In this document: in pieces, positions 24,609-37,755 of the stretch
Position numbering within the stretch: the stretch's first letter is position 1
Layout: each line of letters opens with the position of its first letter
Source: Octopus sinensis
Taxonomy: Eukaryota
NCBI RefSeq assembly: GCF_006345805.1
Contig: NW_021835778.1
Span: forward strand, 1-38,463
Length of the DNA stretch: 38,463 nucleotides
Reading direction: 5' to 3'
Program-made: the position numbers and the translations under genes
The notes under the pieces: model-generated
The model's database searches: none
What the model was told of the DNA's origin: nothing
The model's input: the letters and a program-made list of their open reading frames with translations, nothing else

Positions 24609-24656
<48 letters not shown>

Positions 24657-24703
24657 GTGTGTGTGTGTTTGTGTGTGTGTGTGCTTGTATGTGTGTATGT
24701 GTT

Positions 24704-24751
<48 letters not shown>

Positions 24752-24815
24752 GCACCCTTCTTTCAGTCTGAATCTACCAAATCTACTGACATGGCTCTGG
24801 TGTGTGTGTGTGTGT

Positions 24816-25090
24816 GGAAGCGCAGTGGCCCAATGGTTAGTGCAGCGGAGTCTCGGTTGTAGGATCGCGGTTTCGATTCACAGACTGGGTGTTGTGAGTG
24901 TTTATTGAGCAAAAACACCTAAAGCTCTACGAGGCTCAGGGAGTGGGTTGTGTTGATCTCTGCTGTACTCTTTCGCTACAACCTTCTCCCCTTCTTCTGT
25001 TGGCCTGCTCGCTTAGCCAGCGAAGCGCATTGTGACCGGCGATGTGTAGCAACAACTGATAGCCTGGTCGGTCACGGTGATCACGGAGAT
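24816..25090 (+). mobile_element. tRNA-derived SINE (ortholog of 4755-5005)
   Basis: ggaagcgcagtggcccaatggttag...cggtttcgattcac. Confidence 0.75.
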
Positions 25091-26159
25091 ATATCTATGT
25101 ATCATACGCACACAACACACACACATACACACGTGCATACACACACACCAGCACAGATGCCCTCATCTACCCCCAACAAACAATACTCATACTGATACGC
25201 ACGCACTTATACACAAATGGGCACAGACACACACGCACATACACGCACTTAAGCGCACACACGCACACAAGCACACGCACGCACACGCATGCACAAATTC
25301 ACATATACGCCGATACATATACATACACACAACATATGCCTACACGCATACACACACATACACATACGTATATACATACAGACACACACACACACGCACG
25401 CAAAAAGATGCGCACACATACGCACGCACACACGCATATTAATTCCCATACCCAAATCTCACAACCCCACGGATACACGTATATACACCCATATACGCTT
25501 ACACACACACATACAAACGCACACGTACATGCACAACAGAAACACGCACGCACATACATGCACACACACACACACACAAATGAACCCACACATACATCCC
25601 ATACACACGGCACACAATTATACATACACGCACACAATTATACATACATGTATACACACATACGCACGTACAAGCACACACTCACACATACTCTAATTAA
25701 AGCACAGTTATTCACCACACACCCAAACTCTACGCATACACACACTGACACACACACATACGTACACACACACACAATACAAACAAAACACACACATGAT
25801 ACATATACATACCCGCACACACACACACATACTTCAAAGTAGCAGTACCTACTACTTGACCTGGGGTAGAGACAAAAGGAGCCACGCCCAATTCCTTCTT
25901 CATTGACCTTAACACTACTAGCCCTACACCACGCAAAGATTAACAGCCACAACCACACACACATACACACACACACGCACACACACACACACACACACAC
26001 ACGTGTGAACTTTGCACACATACACAGAGATACACACACGCACACGCAGACCCTCGCGTCCGCACATATCCACACTTGCACACACATTCCTCCTCCTCTA
26101 CCACTCTCCTGTCTTTGAAAGAACTTTTCTTCATCCATTTCCTTACGGTCATTCAAAAT

Positions 26160-26372
26160 GTGGCCGCGTGTGTACAGTTGGCGATCTTTTTTCCTCTGTC
26201 TTCCCTTCTCAGGATCTTTCCTTCTCGTATGTTTCCGACGAAGAGCTCCACCCGAAACGTTAAACCCTCCTTCTTTCCTTCTTTCCTGAGCGTCCAATAA
26301 TACTATCTTTGTTCCACGTCCGTGCGTTGTTGTGTTTCTTTGTGCTTTCTTATTTGGATTAAATTTAACTAT
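26160..26372 (+). mobile_element. Penelope-like pLTR-type repeat with a mutated minimal hammerhead motif
   Basis: gttt CCGACGA A gagctccaccc GAAA cgtt aaac at 26231-26265. Helix I gttt/aaac and the palindrome aacgtt are intact; the core has U4 changed to C. Confidence 0.65.
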
Positions 26373-26406
26373 ATATATACATGTGTGTGTGTCTATATAA
26401 ATATAA

Positions 26407-26440
<34 letters not shown>

Positions 26441-26457
26441 GTAGAAATATGTGTGTG

Positions 26458-26490
<33 letters not shown>

Positions 26491-26491
26491 A

Positions 26492-27125
26492 CTAGCAGAC
26501 ATACCCGGCATTGCTGGGGATAAAAACGGGAAAGTTGGTATATAATATATTCCAGTCCTTTTGAAACAGGTGATATGGGAAAGTGCAACATTGACAACAA
26601 AACATTTGTAGAGTAAATGCTGGGATAATTCGACTAAGCAACATGCTATGCGTCCGTTTGGAGTGTTTCAGGCCCTAACCTGTCATGCAAAATTGGAGGT
26701 GGGGTTTGTGTGATTTTTGAACGCACCGTAAAGCTGTCAGTGGATATACTCTCCTTTGCAGCAGTGTGCGCTGTGTGTAACCCGACCCATCATCGAAAAT
26801 TTTGACACCACACGTCGGGTTTCTTGTCCTATATCACTCATAGAGTAAATTTAGAGGAACTGTGGTTGTTCATTCGCGGGTACCAGGGAACCATTGAGAG
26901 GATAGACTTGCCCTTGAACTTCGACGTCGGCGTAAATTCCTGTTTATCTATCTTCTTAGATTCACCAAAAGATGTCATTTGAAATGCAGAGTTGTATTGT
27001 CTGATATCGTTCAGAAAATCGTTTGACTGGATGGAAGCGCCTTCTAGAAGATTCCTTAGGGGTTGAGATGGTAGTGTTGTCAATGATACCTGTCCGAATA
27101 TGTTGTCATCTATTGCATTGTTTTA
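26492..27125 (-). mobile_element. Helitron remnant (RepHel N-terminal fragment and 3' terminus)
   Basis: ORF 26838-27083 reads TLPSQPLRNLLEG...FLNDIRQYNSAFQMTSFG. Hairpin plus CTAG|T at 26495-26491. Confidence 0.78.
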
Positions 27126-27190
27126 AGTTCTAAACGATAATAAATACTCTGAAGTTCTATATATATGATGCTATTTCTATTTTTTCACAG

Positions 27191-27242
27191 AACCGTTTCA
27201 TCTCCAAGAAATCTCTCGACGATAAACCTGATGACACACCAA
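27191..27242 (+). CDS. Copy C exon 2 (charged stalk)
   Basis: tttttcacag|AACCGT...CCAA|gtaaga, 52 nt. Reads NRFISKKSLDDKPDDTP and is phase-compatible with exons 1 and 3. Confidence 0.8.
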
Positions 27243-27499
27243 GTAAGAACTAATTTTATTGCTAAAGTCTTTTACCCGTGACTCATTAACTAATGAGTTC
27301 TTATTTCACCAACTTTGAATTAGTGCCACAATACTATCCATATGTCCACCATAGCATATACTAGACACTTGCCTGAATTTATTTCAAAATATATTCTACT
27401 TTGTCAATAATTCCTAAATATATGTTACTTTAATATACTATGCCATTTATTGTGTGTATATGAGTATATATGCAACGATACGTCGAGAATTCTACCAAG

Positions 27500-29140
27500 C
27501 CCTCTTCATCTGAGAATCAAATGCCCGAGCTGGCGCTTCACTGCGTTTATATCTACAATTCAGCATTCTGTCCACTCTTGTGCTTCCAATCGTTCGTGAA
27601 TAGAGACCCGAATAATGATGTTCCACTTCCCTACACAGTGCGTATTTGACAATTCTGCCTTTGGTACTCGGCAGCCAACCAATTCAGTGCACGTTGTTGG
27701 TGACCATCAGACGAATCAGGTAGCAGCATGTCGTCTACAAATAACAGTCGACCGATCACGTAGAGATGAATTGGGATACCTCTACCTCAATGGCTGCGCA
27801 TATTCAACCAGGTCACAAAAAAGAATGTGAGAAGGGGCACTAACAATGCACACTTCAACTAAGTGAAACCTTCACGTTGAAAACTTTCGACTTTTACATA
27901 AATACAAACATTTGAACATCCATATAAGTACTTTATGGCAACCAGTATTTTCCCATTAAACTCACCTTTCTGGTAAACCCACGCAACATGCCCCAGGGCA
28001 CGTGAACGTGTGCTTTTTCGTTTTACAGATCTGTTTTGAACGAATCTCTGGTCGGGGTACTGCGTCCAGGACAGTAATCTTGGGCACGACAATTTCCCTA
28101 CGTATCATTTCCTGACATCTAGTGTAGACTTTTTGATAATTAGAACACACTCTTTGGTCTCTGTTTGAAATAAATTGTGATTATCTCCCCATATTACCAT
28201 TGCCTTGGTGATTTTTCCAGAGGTCCAATCCACCTAGCTGACATGGGTCACTCAGAGAATAACATCTGTATTTAAGGTTTCTAAAATATCAAGCCGGACG
28301 TACATTTCACCAGCAGTTTTACCACTTTTAAGTGAATTTAGCTCAAATAAGCGTTCAACCGAAGAAGAACCTGCCGAAAAATAATACAATCTCGAACCCA
28401 TTTCGAGGTCCAACTTCATACAGGCGGGTCACTCTCAATTTGGATGCAAAAGTCTCCACATATTCGTTTCTAATCCCAGCATCCACTGCGGCTTCCGATT
28501 GTATTCTGTAGGTCGCACTAGACTTACCAATTTCCAGTGTTCGGCAGACTGTAGGAATTTTCAGGTTTTTAGACATTTAGGTAGTGACGAGTTGACAACT
28601 CCACCCCTCCTTTTACCCGAACGTTCAGCAAAGAGTGAAAGATGACCGAAATCTATCAGAAACCTCTGTCACCAAGTATTTCTATACCAGACACCCTTAT
28701 AAATATCCCTGTCTTCAAATAATATCTATATCATAGAGAGGAGAGTGTGTGTCCTGCACAGAAGTCTACTATGACCTCTCCATTAAGTTCACTGACGACA
28801 TTCCTTCCAATCAATCCTTCTCGCGGTTACCAGTGCCAAGATGTGCACTGAAGTCTCCTTGCAGGACAAATGACTTTACCACAAATATATCTAAAGCTGA
28901 GGTGAATTTGTTTAGGAAGGATTTGTATTTGAATTCGCATTTTGCTGCATATACGTACAGTACGCTAAGGGCCCGAAGGAATAGCCATACCGCATCATCC
29001 ATCGAGTGGGATAAAAGCAGTTGCGTCCGGATCTTGAGTGGAGGAGACGATTCGGAAAATATATTGCAGTCTCCACCCAACTCAATCTGAGATGCATTGG
29101 GATGGAATACAAAATATGCGTCTTCCAAACCCCGTAGCAG
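27500..29140 (-). mobile_element. Degenerate RTE LINE (ortholog of 6655-8490)
   Basis: VLQGDFSAHLGTGNREKD, plus RT remnants collinear with A and B. Confidence 0.85.
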
Positions 29141-29159
29141 GTTCACAAGGGATCAACGG

Positions 29160-29695
29160 TTCATAATTGAGAATTAGACTGTCAAAACCGGACGATACAA
29201 AACGCTGCCTGTTATATATAATCGATATCTTCTCAAGAAAGCTTCGTTACTTCCGAGGCATACACTTGGAAGTAGGTTGGAAACTCTACCGTGCAGGTTT
29301 TGTGCCAACTATGTCAGCACAGGCGGAAGTGGGATGCTCACAATCCCTGGCTTTCGGACTGGATTATGGAGTGAATCCCACTAGGTATTAAGGGATACCT
29401 CCTGAAGCTCAAGCAGAATGAAGGAGTGGTGTAGCTGCTGGAAGTAAATGCACCCAATAGCGAGGCCAAATACAAATGCTTCCTTAACAAAGTCACTGCA
29501 GCTTTGGATATGTTTGGGGTAAAGTCATTTGTCTTACAAGGAGACTTCCGTGAACGCTTTGGCGCTGATAACCGCAAGAAGTATTGATTGGGTGGAATCG
29601 CCCCACACACATAATTGGGGTGGCCATACTAGTCTTCTGGAAGGAAACGGACTCTCTTCGCGCCAAACACCAAGCTGATATTCGTAAATGGCCAA
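29160..29695 (+). mobile_element. Inverted RTE endonuclease fragment
   Basis: LEVGWKLYRAGFVPTMSAQAEVG, and ggatatgtttggggtaaagtcatttgtcttacaaggagacttcc. Confidence 0.8.
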
Positions 29696-29867
29696 TCAGG
29701 TGCCAAGAATTGATAATATTGCCAACATATCTATAAAAGAACTTAATCATTTTTATTGTCACAAATATATATAAATGTATATATATATGTATATATATAT
29801 AATATATATAATATATATATATATATTATAATATATTATATATATATTATATATATATATATATATT

Positions 29868-29912
<45 letters not shown>

Positions 29913-29924
29913 TATATATATATA

Positions 29925-30331
29925 GGCGCAGGAGTGGCTGTGTGGTAAGTAGCTTGCTAACCAACCACATGGTTCCGGGTTCAGTCCCACTGCGTGGCAC
30001 CTTGGGCAAGTGTTTTTACTATAGCCCCGGGCCGACCAATGCCTTGTGAGTGGATTTGGTAGACGGAAACTGAAAGAAGCATGTCGTATTAATATGTATA
30101 TATATGTATATGTATGTGTGTGTGTTTGTGTGTCTGTGTTTGTCCCCCTAGCATTGCTTGACAACCGATGCTGGTGTGTTTACGTCCCCGTCACTTAGCG
30201 GTTCGGCAAAAGAGACCGATAGAATAAGTACTGGGCTTACAAAGAATAAGTCCTGGGGTAGATTTGCTCGACTAAAGGCGGTGCTCCAGCATGGCCGCAG
30301 TCAAATGACTGAAACAAATAAAAGAGTAAAA
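29925..30331 (+). mobile_element. Near full-length tRNA-derived SINE with an internal microsatellite, specific to copy C
   Basis: A-box tggctgtgtgg, B-box ggttcagtccc and an A-rich tail (aaataaaagagtaaaa). Inserted in (TA)n. Confidence 0.85.
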
Positions 30332-30345
30332 CAAAAAAAGTGTAA

Positions 30346-30413
<68 letters not shown>

Positions 30414-30738
30414 TCACATCCAAGTTCAACTACAAAACAAACATCCGTTCAAAATGGAGCCAAATACACATTCTGATATTCTGAGATTAATCTCTCAATT
30501 CGTTGGCATCAACGTCAACAACAGGCTCAATAGACAAACGACTAATTTTCTTCGTTTAAAATTTATTCTTAGCGAATCATTTACTTCTTTCATTCTGATT
30601 TTTATTCATTCACTCATTCTTTTTCTCTTAAATTCTAAATTTCTTCCTCTCTATCAATTCCTTCCAAGCCAACAACTTCCTTTGTATAGGATTCAAGAAT
30701 TCTTTCTTTTAACTAAATTATTTCATTTTAATTCACAG

Positions 30739-30811
30739 AACCCGGTCCCGGATCATTGTATACCCGTGGGCAGAACAAGTTGTCCTCCTTATTCAAACCT
30801 TGTATATGACG
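30739..30811 (+). pseudogene. Copy C exon 3, -2 frameshift as assembled
   Basis: 73 nt versus 75 nt: acccg-tggg-caga versus acccgatggggcaga. Splice sites are intact. Confidence 0.7.
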
Positions 30812-32364
30812 GTTAGTATAAACTATACTTCTGTTCACTCTTTCTCATTTTGTCTTTCTCTTCTTCTCTTTCTATTCCTCTCATTTTCTCTTTGTGTCGC
30901 CCCCTCTCTTCCCGCTTCTCACACGCACACGCACGCACGCACACTCAAGCAAATCATGTGATATATCACGTTTGTAACGATACCTATAGACCCCACAGAG
31001 ACTGCACAAGATTGCTTACTCCTTTGTAGGTATTTGGTCAAATCAGAATTCAAATGTGGTCTAATATGGACCAGGTGAAAAGGATGTTGTCTAACCTCAG
31101 AATATAGATATCTCTACGTTAAATTATAGATAGGGACTAGACTGGAATCCAGTATAGCGATCAAGGACTCTTGGCTGAATTGTATGGAGTGTAGATATCA
31201 AATACCGAGTCTGCTAACTGGTGATCAAGTGTACTGGCTACGGCTGGTGGTATTGTACGTGAGTGACCAGAGCTTAAATGTGGCCACTTGACTATCATTA
31301 ACTAGAGTGTCTATTGATTGTAGTTATAGACTACATTGAACAAGGTCTCTTAGCATTGATGAATGAATGTTTGTGGTTAATGAAATGAACGCAGAATGTA
31401 CAATGTGGACTGGACAGGCCACACACTGTAATTAATGGATAAAGCTAACTTAGGGTCGTATGTATTATGCAAAATGTGGAGGGATGAAGTAACACTGAGA
31501 GAACCAAGTGAGTACATATTGCACTACTATTCTTCTCCACCTCACCAAAATCGTCCTATCCCTCAAACCTATCTCTTTTCATGCAACACCTCGCCTCATT
31601 AATTCTCCAGTGTATCTTTGTAAGGTAACACCGGCACATCCAATTCAAAGCTACTTCTTCCCACATCTTCTCCAACCAACCTCATATCCTTTGTGAATCT
31701 GCTCTCTATACCCTACACATATCCTTTATTGGTCGCCTCTCCGCTGTCCATTCTTCTTAGGCACTACGCCATCAATGAGCTTCAAAATTCACCCCCTCAG
31801 TTCATGCTTTGCATGAAATAAAATCTGTGTGATCATAATATTATAGTATGTGGTAGGCCCGTCTCGTGGTAGGCCTGACTCGTCCGAGACAAACCGATGG
31901 ATATAGCCAGCCACACCCGTATGGTCGGCTAAACAGTATTTCATCCCCTCTTACCCACCAGTTCTCTGAATCTCGCCGTCTCTCGTATTGTTCTACTCAA
32001 ACCACATGCAATTCCGATCACCAACAATTTTTCCGTTTAAACGTAAACGACATCTTTTCAATTTCGGGAAATTACGACCACATGCGTTACAAAATCCCTT
32101 TCCTTTCTCCGTTTATTGACATCCACACACAAACATCTACTCCAAGCAATACACATCTCAACCACAAATACTTACCCGTACACACACAAACACAAACACA
32201 GACACACACACACATGCACACACACACACACACACACACACGCAGGTACACAAACACGCAGACACACGCATACATTCACACATACGCAAACACACAGACA
32301 CAACAAACAGACATACACACACAAACACAAAAAACACACGCAAATACACACACACATACCAACC

Positions 32365-32560
32365 TGTGACCGCCTGTTTACCGTTGGCGATTATTTCCTC
32401 CGTTTTCCCTTCTTGGATCTTTCCTTTCCTATTATTCTGACGAAGAGCTCCGCTCGAAACTTTAATCCCTCATCTTTCCTTCTTTAATGGCGTCCAATAA
32501 CACTATACTTGTTCCACGTCCTCGCAATGTTGTGTTTCTCTTTGTGTTTTTATGCTTGAT

Positions 32561-32566
<6 letters not shown>
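32365..32566 (+). mobile_element. Penelope-like pLTR-type repeat with a degenerate minimal hammerhead motif
   Basis: tatt CTGACGA A GAGC tcc GCTC GAAA cttt aat at 32433-32467. Confidence 0.65.
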
Positions 32567-32603
<37 letters not shown>

Positions 32604-32821
32604 GAACAGAGAGAGAAAGGCACAGCTGCGAACGCATGCGCACTCCCATACAGCAACACACAGCTTACACTCATATAAACACTAACACATACACCACAAT
32701 TCGTTCACACGTAACTAAACATGACTTCTTTTAAGGGTCAAACTGTAATGAATGTTTCCGTTATTTCAGATATAATTTTGCTTCCTATCATTTTTACTTG
32801 ATTTATTCTTACCAATTCTAG

Positions 32822-33321
32822 GTGTGGCTGGTGGACAACGGTACGACCACACAGGTGGCGGAAGTAATCTCTTGTGTCTACCTAACGATCCCATTTGGGC
32901 CAATTATACTACAAAATTTGAAGAAGGTGGTTCAATTTTTGGCAGTGAATATCAACTACAGCATTACGACACCAATACCATGTTTTCTTTTGCTAACGCT
33001 AAATCACTTCAAGATCACAACGTTCCGTGTGCTGTCTGTTTGACACGACAACCTGCTGTTGTTATGATGTTACCAGCCAGGACAAAGTGTTACGCTGGTT
33101 GGACAGCTGAGTATTCAGGATATTTGATGGCCAATTATTACGGGCATAAAGGCAGACATGAATATGAGTGTGTGGACTACGCACCAGAAGCTGATCCAGC
33201 AGGTTACAGAAACGAAGATGGAGCTGTTTTATATTTCGTTCAGGCTGCTTGTGGTTCGTTGCCATGTCCACCGTATGTCAATGGTCAAGAATTAACCTGC
33301 GTTGTGTGCAGTAAATATTGA
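32822..33321 (+). CDS. Copy C exon 4, short-chain collagen C4-like domain, intact
   Basis: ttctag acceptor, 165 open codons, all cysteines conserved. AATAAA at 33368 and 33432. Confidence 0.92.
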
Positions 33322-34811
33322 ATAGAAATTAAATTCGGTTCCATATGAAAATATGTCTGTGAATTTCAATAAATAACATAAAATTTTAATTGTGTTACCT
33401 AATATTTACTTTAAAGTGTGTCTATCGTTACAATAAACTGTTGTACTAGTTTACAGAAGATATTCAAACAATGCAAAAGAGGCGACGTAGAATGCCAGAA
33501 ATATCCTCAAAAACAAGAAAATTCTAAATCTGTCGGAATGATTCTTGAAAACATTTTGTAAGATTTCAGTTTATCAAACTTATCGTTGAAAGAAAATGTT
33601 ATTTTGTTTAACAGTATTTTGTCTTCTGTCTCATGATTCAACAAACCCCAAATAAAGTACCACCATAGAATTATATCAGCTTTTCATGCACAGCGTTAGA
33701 AAATCTAATACTCGACGCTACTATCTCAGACATCTTGGTTTTCAAATTACAACTCGGATTCTGACAAGGAGCCATAAACCGCTACATTACTTAGCACAGA
33801 ACTTAACTGATTCTTTCAACAACAACCAGATACTTCCACACAATCCATTCTATTTGCCGTTATTAATCAGGAAAGCTTTCCGTTCCATTCCTACAACATA
33901 TCTTATAAAACCTATTTATCGTCTACTTTAGAAATATTACAAAATGTTCAAATTAAGCTTTCTGAGAATGTGGAATTTACACGATCAATCCCTCAAAAGA
34001 CAGTATAAATGAGTATTGGTCCTGCCAACCTAATCTATATCACAAAATTCCCACCTCTCTTCAATAAGATACAAAATGAAACTCGAAGAACCAACATACA
34101 CATCATACACTAAATGCTGATATACAAGAATAAGAAATGAAATCAACCAGAGAAATTGCCTCATTTCAGCGACAGAGATCATCAAATACGACGATTTCTT
34201 TCACTCATCTACGTAAACATACCAGACTCGAAGAAAGGAGGAAACCTAGAAGCTGAATACATTTCATGCGAAACGAATACAACACCCATTAAAGTGAGAG
34301 TAAAGAGAGCAAATATAGTCAGGGCAAGCACGGATGCTGTGTGTAAGAAGGCTGAGATGTTGTGACCGTAACGTTATCCAATAGGATTCATGACAGTATG
34401 TTGGAGGGTGTCGAATATATGTTAGATAAACGAAGGGTTCGGTTAACAGCATCAAGCTGCAATAAAGATTAAAGATTATTAATGTTTACTATCCCAATAT
34501 TATTAGCCTGATGGGTAAATCTGCATTCGCTTCTCTAGATTACAAATATTTTCTTGATTGTAAATCGTAAACAATTGCAGAGAATACGGACGCTGGTAGA
34601 TCTTCAAATTCATCTTTCGATTCAGCGGCATAATTAGACAGTTAAAACGACCGCCATGTGTTTAAGCTGTACAGAGCATGCGCAGCTGCATAGGCAACAC
34701 GCCATTACAATAGGAATAATTATGGGACTTTGTTGAAATCTGACATGGCTGTAAGATTTATTTTGTAGCTTATTTCGAATTAACCTTATTTCGAGGGCCA
34801 AACCGAGGGTG

Positions 34812-34854
<43 letters not shown>

Positions 34855-35276
34855 ACACCACACACACACACACCACACACACACACCTAATATTATATAT
34901 ATTAAATTTGGTCAAACTATATCTGAGGGGTCTAATATGCTTCATCAAAAAAATTTTATCATAACATACTAGGAATCCGCCGTACATATGCAGTCCATAC
35001 GGAGGTGCACTTGCGAATTGAGTTTCACATGGGAGACACTGTACCTGTATGTTTTGCTATGATTTATAAAACAAGAAGAAACATATTCAAAGCTAGTGAT
35101 AATGACTAGCTAAAAATATGTATGAATGTCATTATTCGGTTTTAATAGAATATTTCTGGCCAACAGAAAGAGAGACGGCTTCTAACTTAGTTCCAAGTAT
35201 CTTTCATTGGAATTTCAACAACATGAACAGGATATTTTTGTATGCATGTATGCATGTATGCATGTATGCATGTATG

Positions 35277-35310
<34 letters not shown>

Positions 35311-35647
35311 TATATGTATGTATGTAGGTATGCATGTATGCATGTATGTATGTATGAATGTATGCATGTATGCATGTATGTGTGTATGTATATATGTATG
35401 TATGTATGTATGCATGTATGTATGAATGTATGTATGTATGTATGCATGTATGTATGTATATATGTATGTAAATATGTATGTATGTATGCATGTATGTATG
35501 TATGTATGTATGTATGCATGCATGGATGCATGTATGTATGCATGCATGTATGTATGTATATATGTATGCATGCATGAATGTATGCATGTATGTATGTATG
35601 CATGTATGTATGTATGTATGTATATATGTATGTATGCATGTATGTTT

Positions 35648-36205
35648 GTCAGGTCACTTTCGAGTGCTACTGGTAAACATGTAACCCAGTACAACCTGTT
35701 GTCATTGTCGGGTCGTCGGCGACTAAACCGGCAACCCCACCAAGCTTGCTTGGTGAGGAGGGAGTTTATTAGACACCCTGCGGGATGAAAAACAAAACCC
35801 GTCAAAGAGCGGAGGAACTCTTGAGAGTCAACGGCCATCCAATATATGTCTTAAGGCTGTATCATGCGCGGGGACATAGAAATAATCGGACTGAATACCC
35901 GATCGCGCGGTTAAACCGTTGGGAGTGAAGGACTCCTAGACTTTGCTAGGGCATCCTTTTGGAGAAGTTAACTAAGGTAACTGGGATAACTCCGATATAA
36001 AACCTGCGGCTCAGTGGTTACCGATGATGTTGACTTGTTCTTCTTTTCGGAATATGGCTGCTGTTGCTTAGTGACTGGGATTAACACAGTGCACAGCCTT
36101 TCCTCGCTATAAAAAAAAATCTTCATGCACAGCCATTGCAAGATAATAACATTGATTAAGCTTCGTGCAATGCCCATACTCGATAACGAGGGTGCAGCCA
36201 CCAAG
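35648..36205 (+). mobile_element. Second copy of the (TATG)n-embedded element
   Basis: Closely similar to 20058-20613 and flanked by (TATG)n on both sides. Confidence 0.45.
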
Positions 36206-36793
36206 TAGGTATGTATGGATGGATGGATGGATGGATGTAAGTATGTATGCATGTATGTATGTATGGATGTATGTATGTATGTATGTATATATGTATGTAT
36301 GTGTATATGTGTCTATCGATATATACATGCTTACATTCAAACATACATGCATGTATACATGTATACATACATACTTGTATGTATAAATATATGCATACAT
36401 GTATGTATGTATGAAAGTATGTATGTATGTATGTATGTATGTATGTGTGTGTATGTATGTATGTTTGTATGTATGTATGTGTGCATGTATGTGTGTATGT
36501 ATGTATATATATGTGTGTGTATGTAAGAATATATGTATGTATGGGGGTATGTATGCATGTATATATGTATGTATGTATGTGTGTATGTATATATGTATGT
36601 ATGCATGTATGTATGAATGTAGGTGTGGGTGGGAATTGGTAGGTTTTGATTTTGATATTCACATAAAACGTTTCTAATCAGATTAACGCTTGTTGTGAAG
36701 AATCCAATCCGAACAACGGACTTCATTAGATTAAGTCTTGCGATTACTGTGTGGGTTGAACGAAATACTTCCCACACTGAATATTAAAACAGT

Positions 36794-36832
<39 letters not shown>

Positions 36833-37611
36833 GTGTGTGTTGTGTGTGTGTGTGTGTGTGTGTGTGAGTGTATGTGTGCGTGTGGGAGTGTGTGTGTGTG
36901 TGTCAGTGTGTGTGTGTGTGTGCTAGTGTGTGTGCGTGTGTGTATAAACGTGTGTGTGTGTGTGTCAGTGTGTGTGTGTGTGCGTGAGTGTGTGTGTGTG
37001 TGTGTGTGTGTAAGAAATTGTATCTGTGTGTGTGTGTCAGTGTGTGTGTCAGTGTGTGTTGTTGTCTGTGGGTGTGTGTGTTGGTGTGTGTGTATGTCAG
37101 TGTGTGTGTGTGTATTAGTGTGTGTGCGTGTGTGTGTGTCTGTGTGTCTGTATGTCAGTGTGTGTGTGTGTGTGTGTGTGTCTTTGTGTCTGTGTATTTG
37201 TCGGTTGAACGAAATACTTCCCACACTCAATATTAAAACAGTTTCCCAAGAATAACAAATAAAATTAAATAACAACATTAGTAAATAAATATATCATAAT
37301 ATATCCAGAAACAGGAATCATTTCACTTTACACGTGTCTCTCATTCATCAAAATATTTTGCTAATTATTGTGTGACAATATCAAACCATCTCTTTCCAAT
37401 AATTAAACCTGTCAGACAAGTTCACGCCCACTTTTACAGTTCCACCAATCGCATGGTTCATAAATTACGATAAGATCTATGCCAGAGCTGGGTTGTTGTG
37501 CGCTCAATAAATACGTGGAATTCAGTTACAGGTCTTCAGCTTAAACCTCGCATCTCGATCTTTTGTTGAAGCCACACGAAGTATCACGTACGACCGACAA
37601 CTGTCACCAGA

Positions 37612-37755
37612 ATGGATTTCGCACAACTGTCCAGGAATATTTCGCAGCGTTATTCCATTTCTTCTCTCATAGCTTTTGGGGTTCTTCTCGTTCTGACGAT
37701 CGTGATTCTTCATCACGATTCAAGAATAGGAAAAATGGAAGAGAAATCGAAAACG
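37612..37755 (+). CDS. Copy D exon 1, intact
   Basis: MDFAQLSRNISQRYSISSLIAFGVLLVLTIVILHHDSRIGKMEEKSKT, donor ACG|GTAAGT. Confidence 0.88.

Larger units (their letters stand above)
19966..34598 (+). repeat. Tandem segmental unit C (full four-exon copy)
   Basis: Collinear with unit A. Begins inside the upstream (TATG)n array. Confidence 0.9.

Noticed and set aside
27227-27250. CTGATGA in copy C exon 2, and CTGACGA in exon 1
   Set aside because: No correctly spaced GAAA with helix III; these are coding-sequence coincidences.
33686-33931. ORF with RSHKPLHYL resembling a retroviral RNase H motif
   Set aside because: No other LTR-element motif nearby, and the frame is not kept in copy A.
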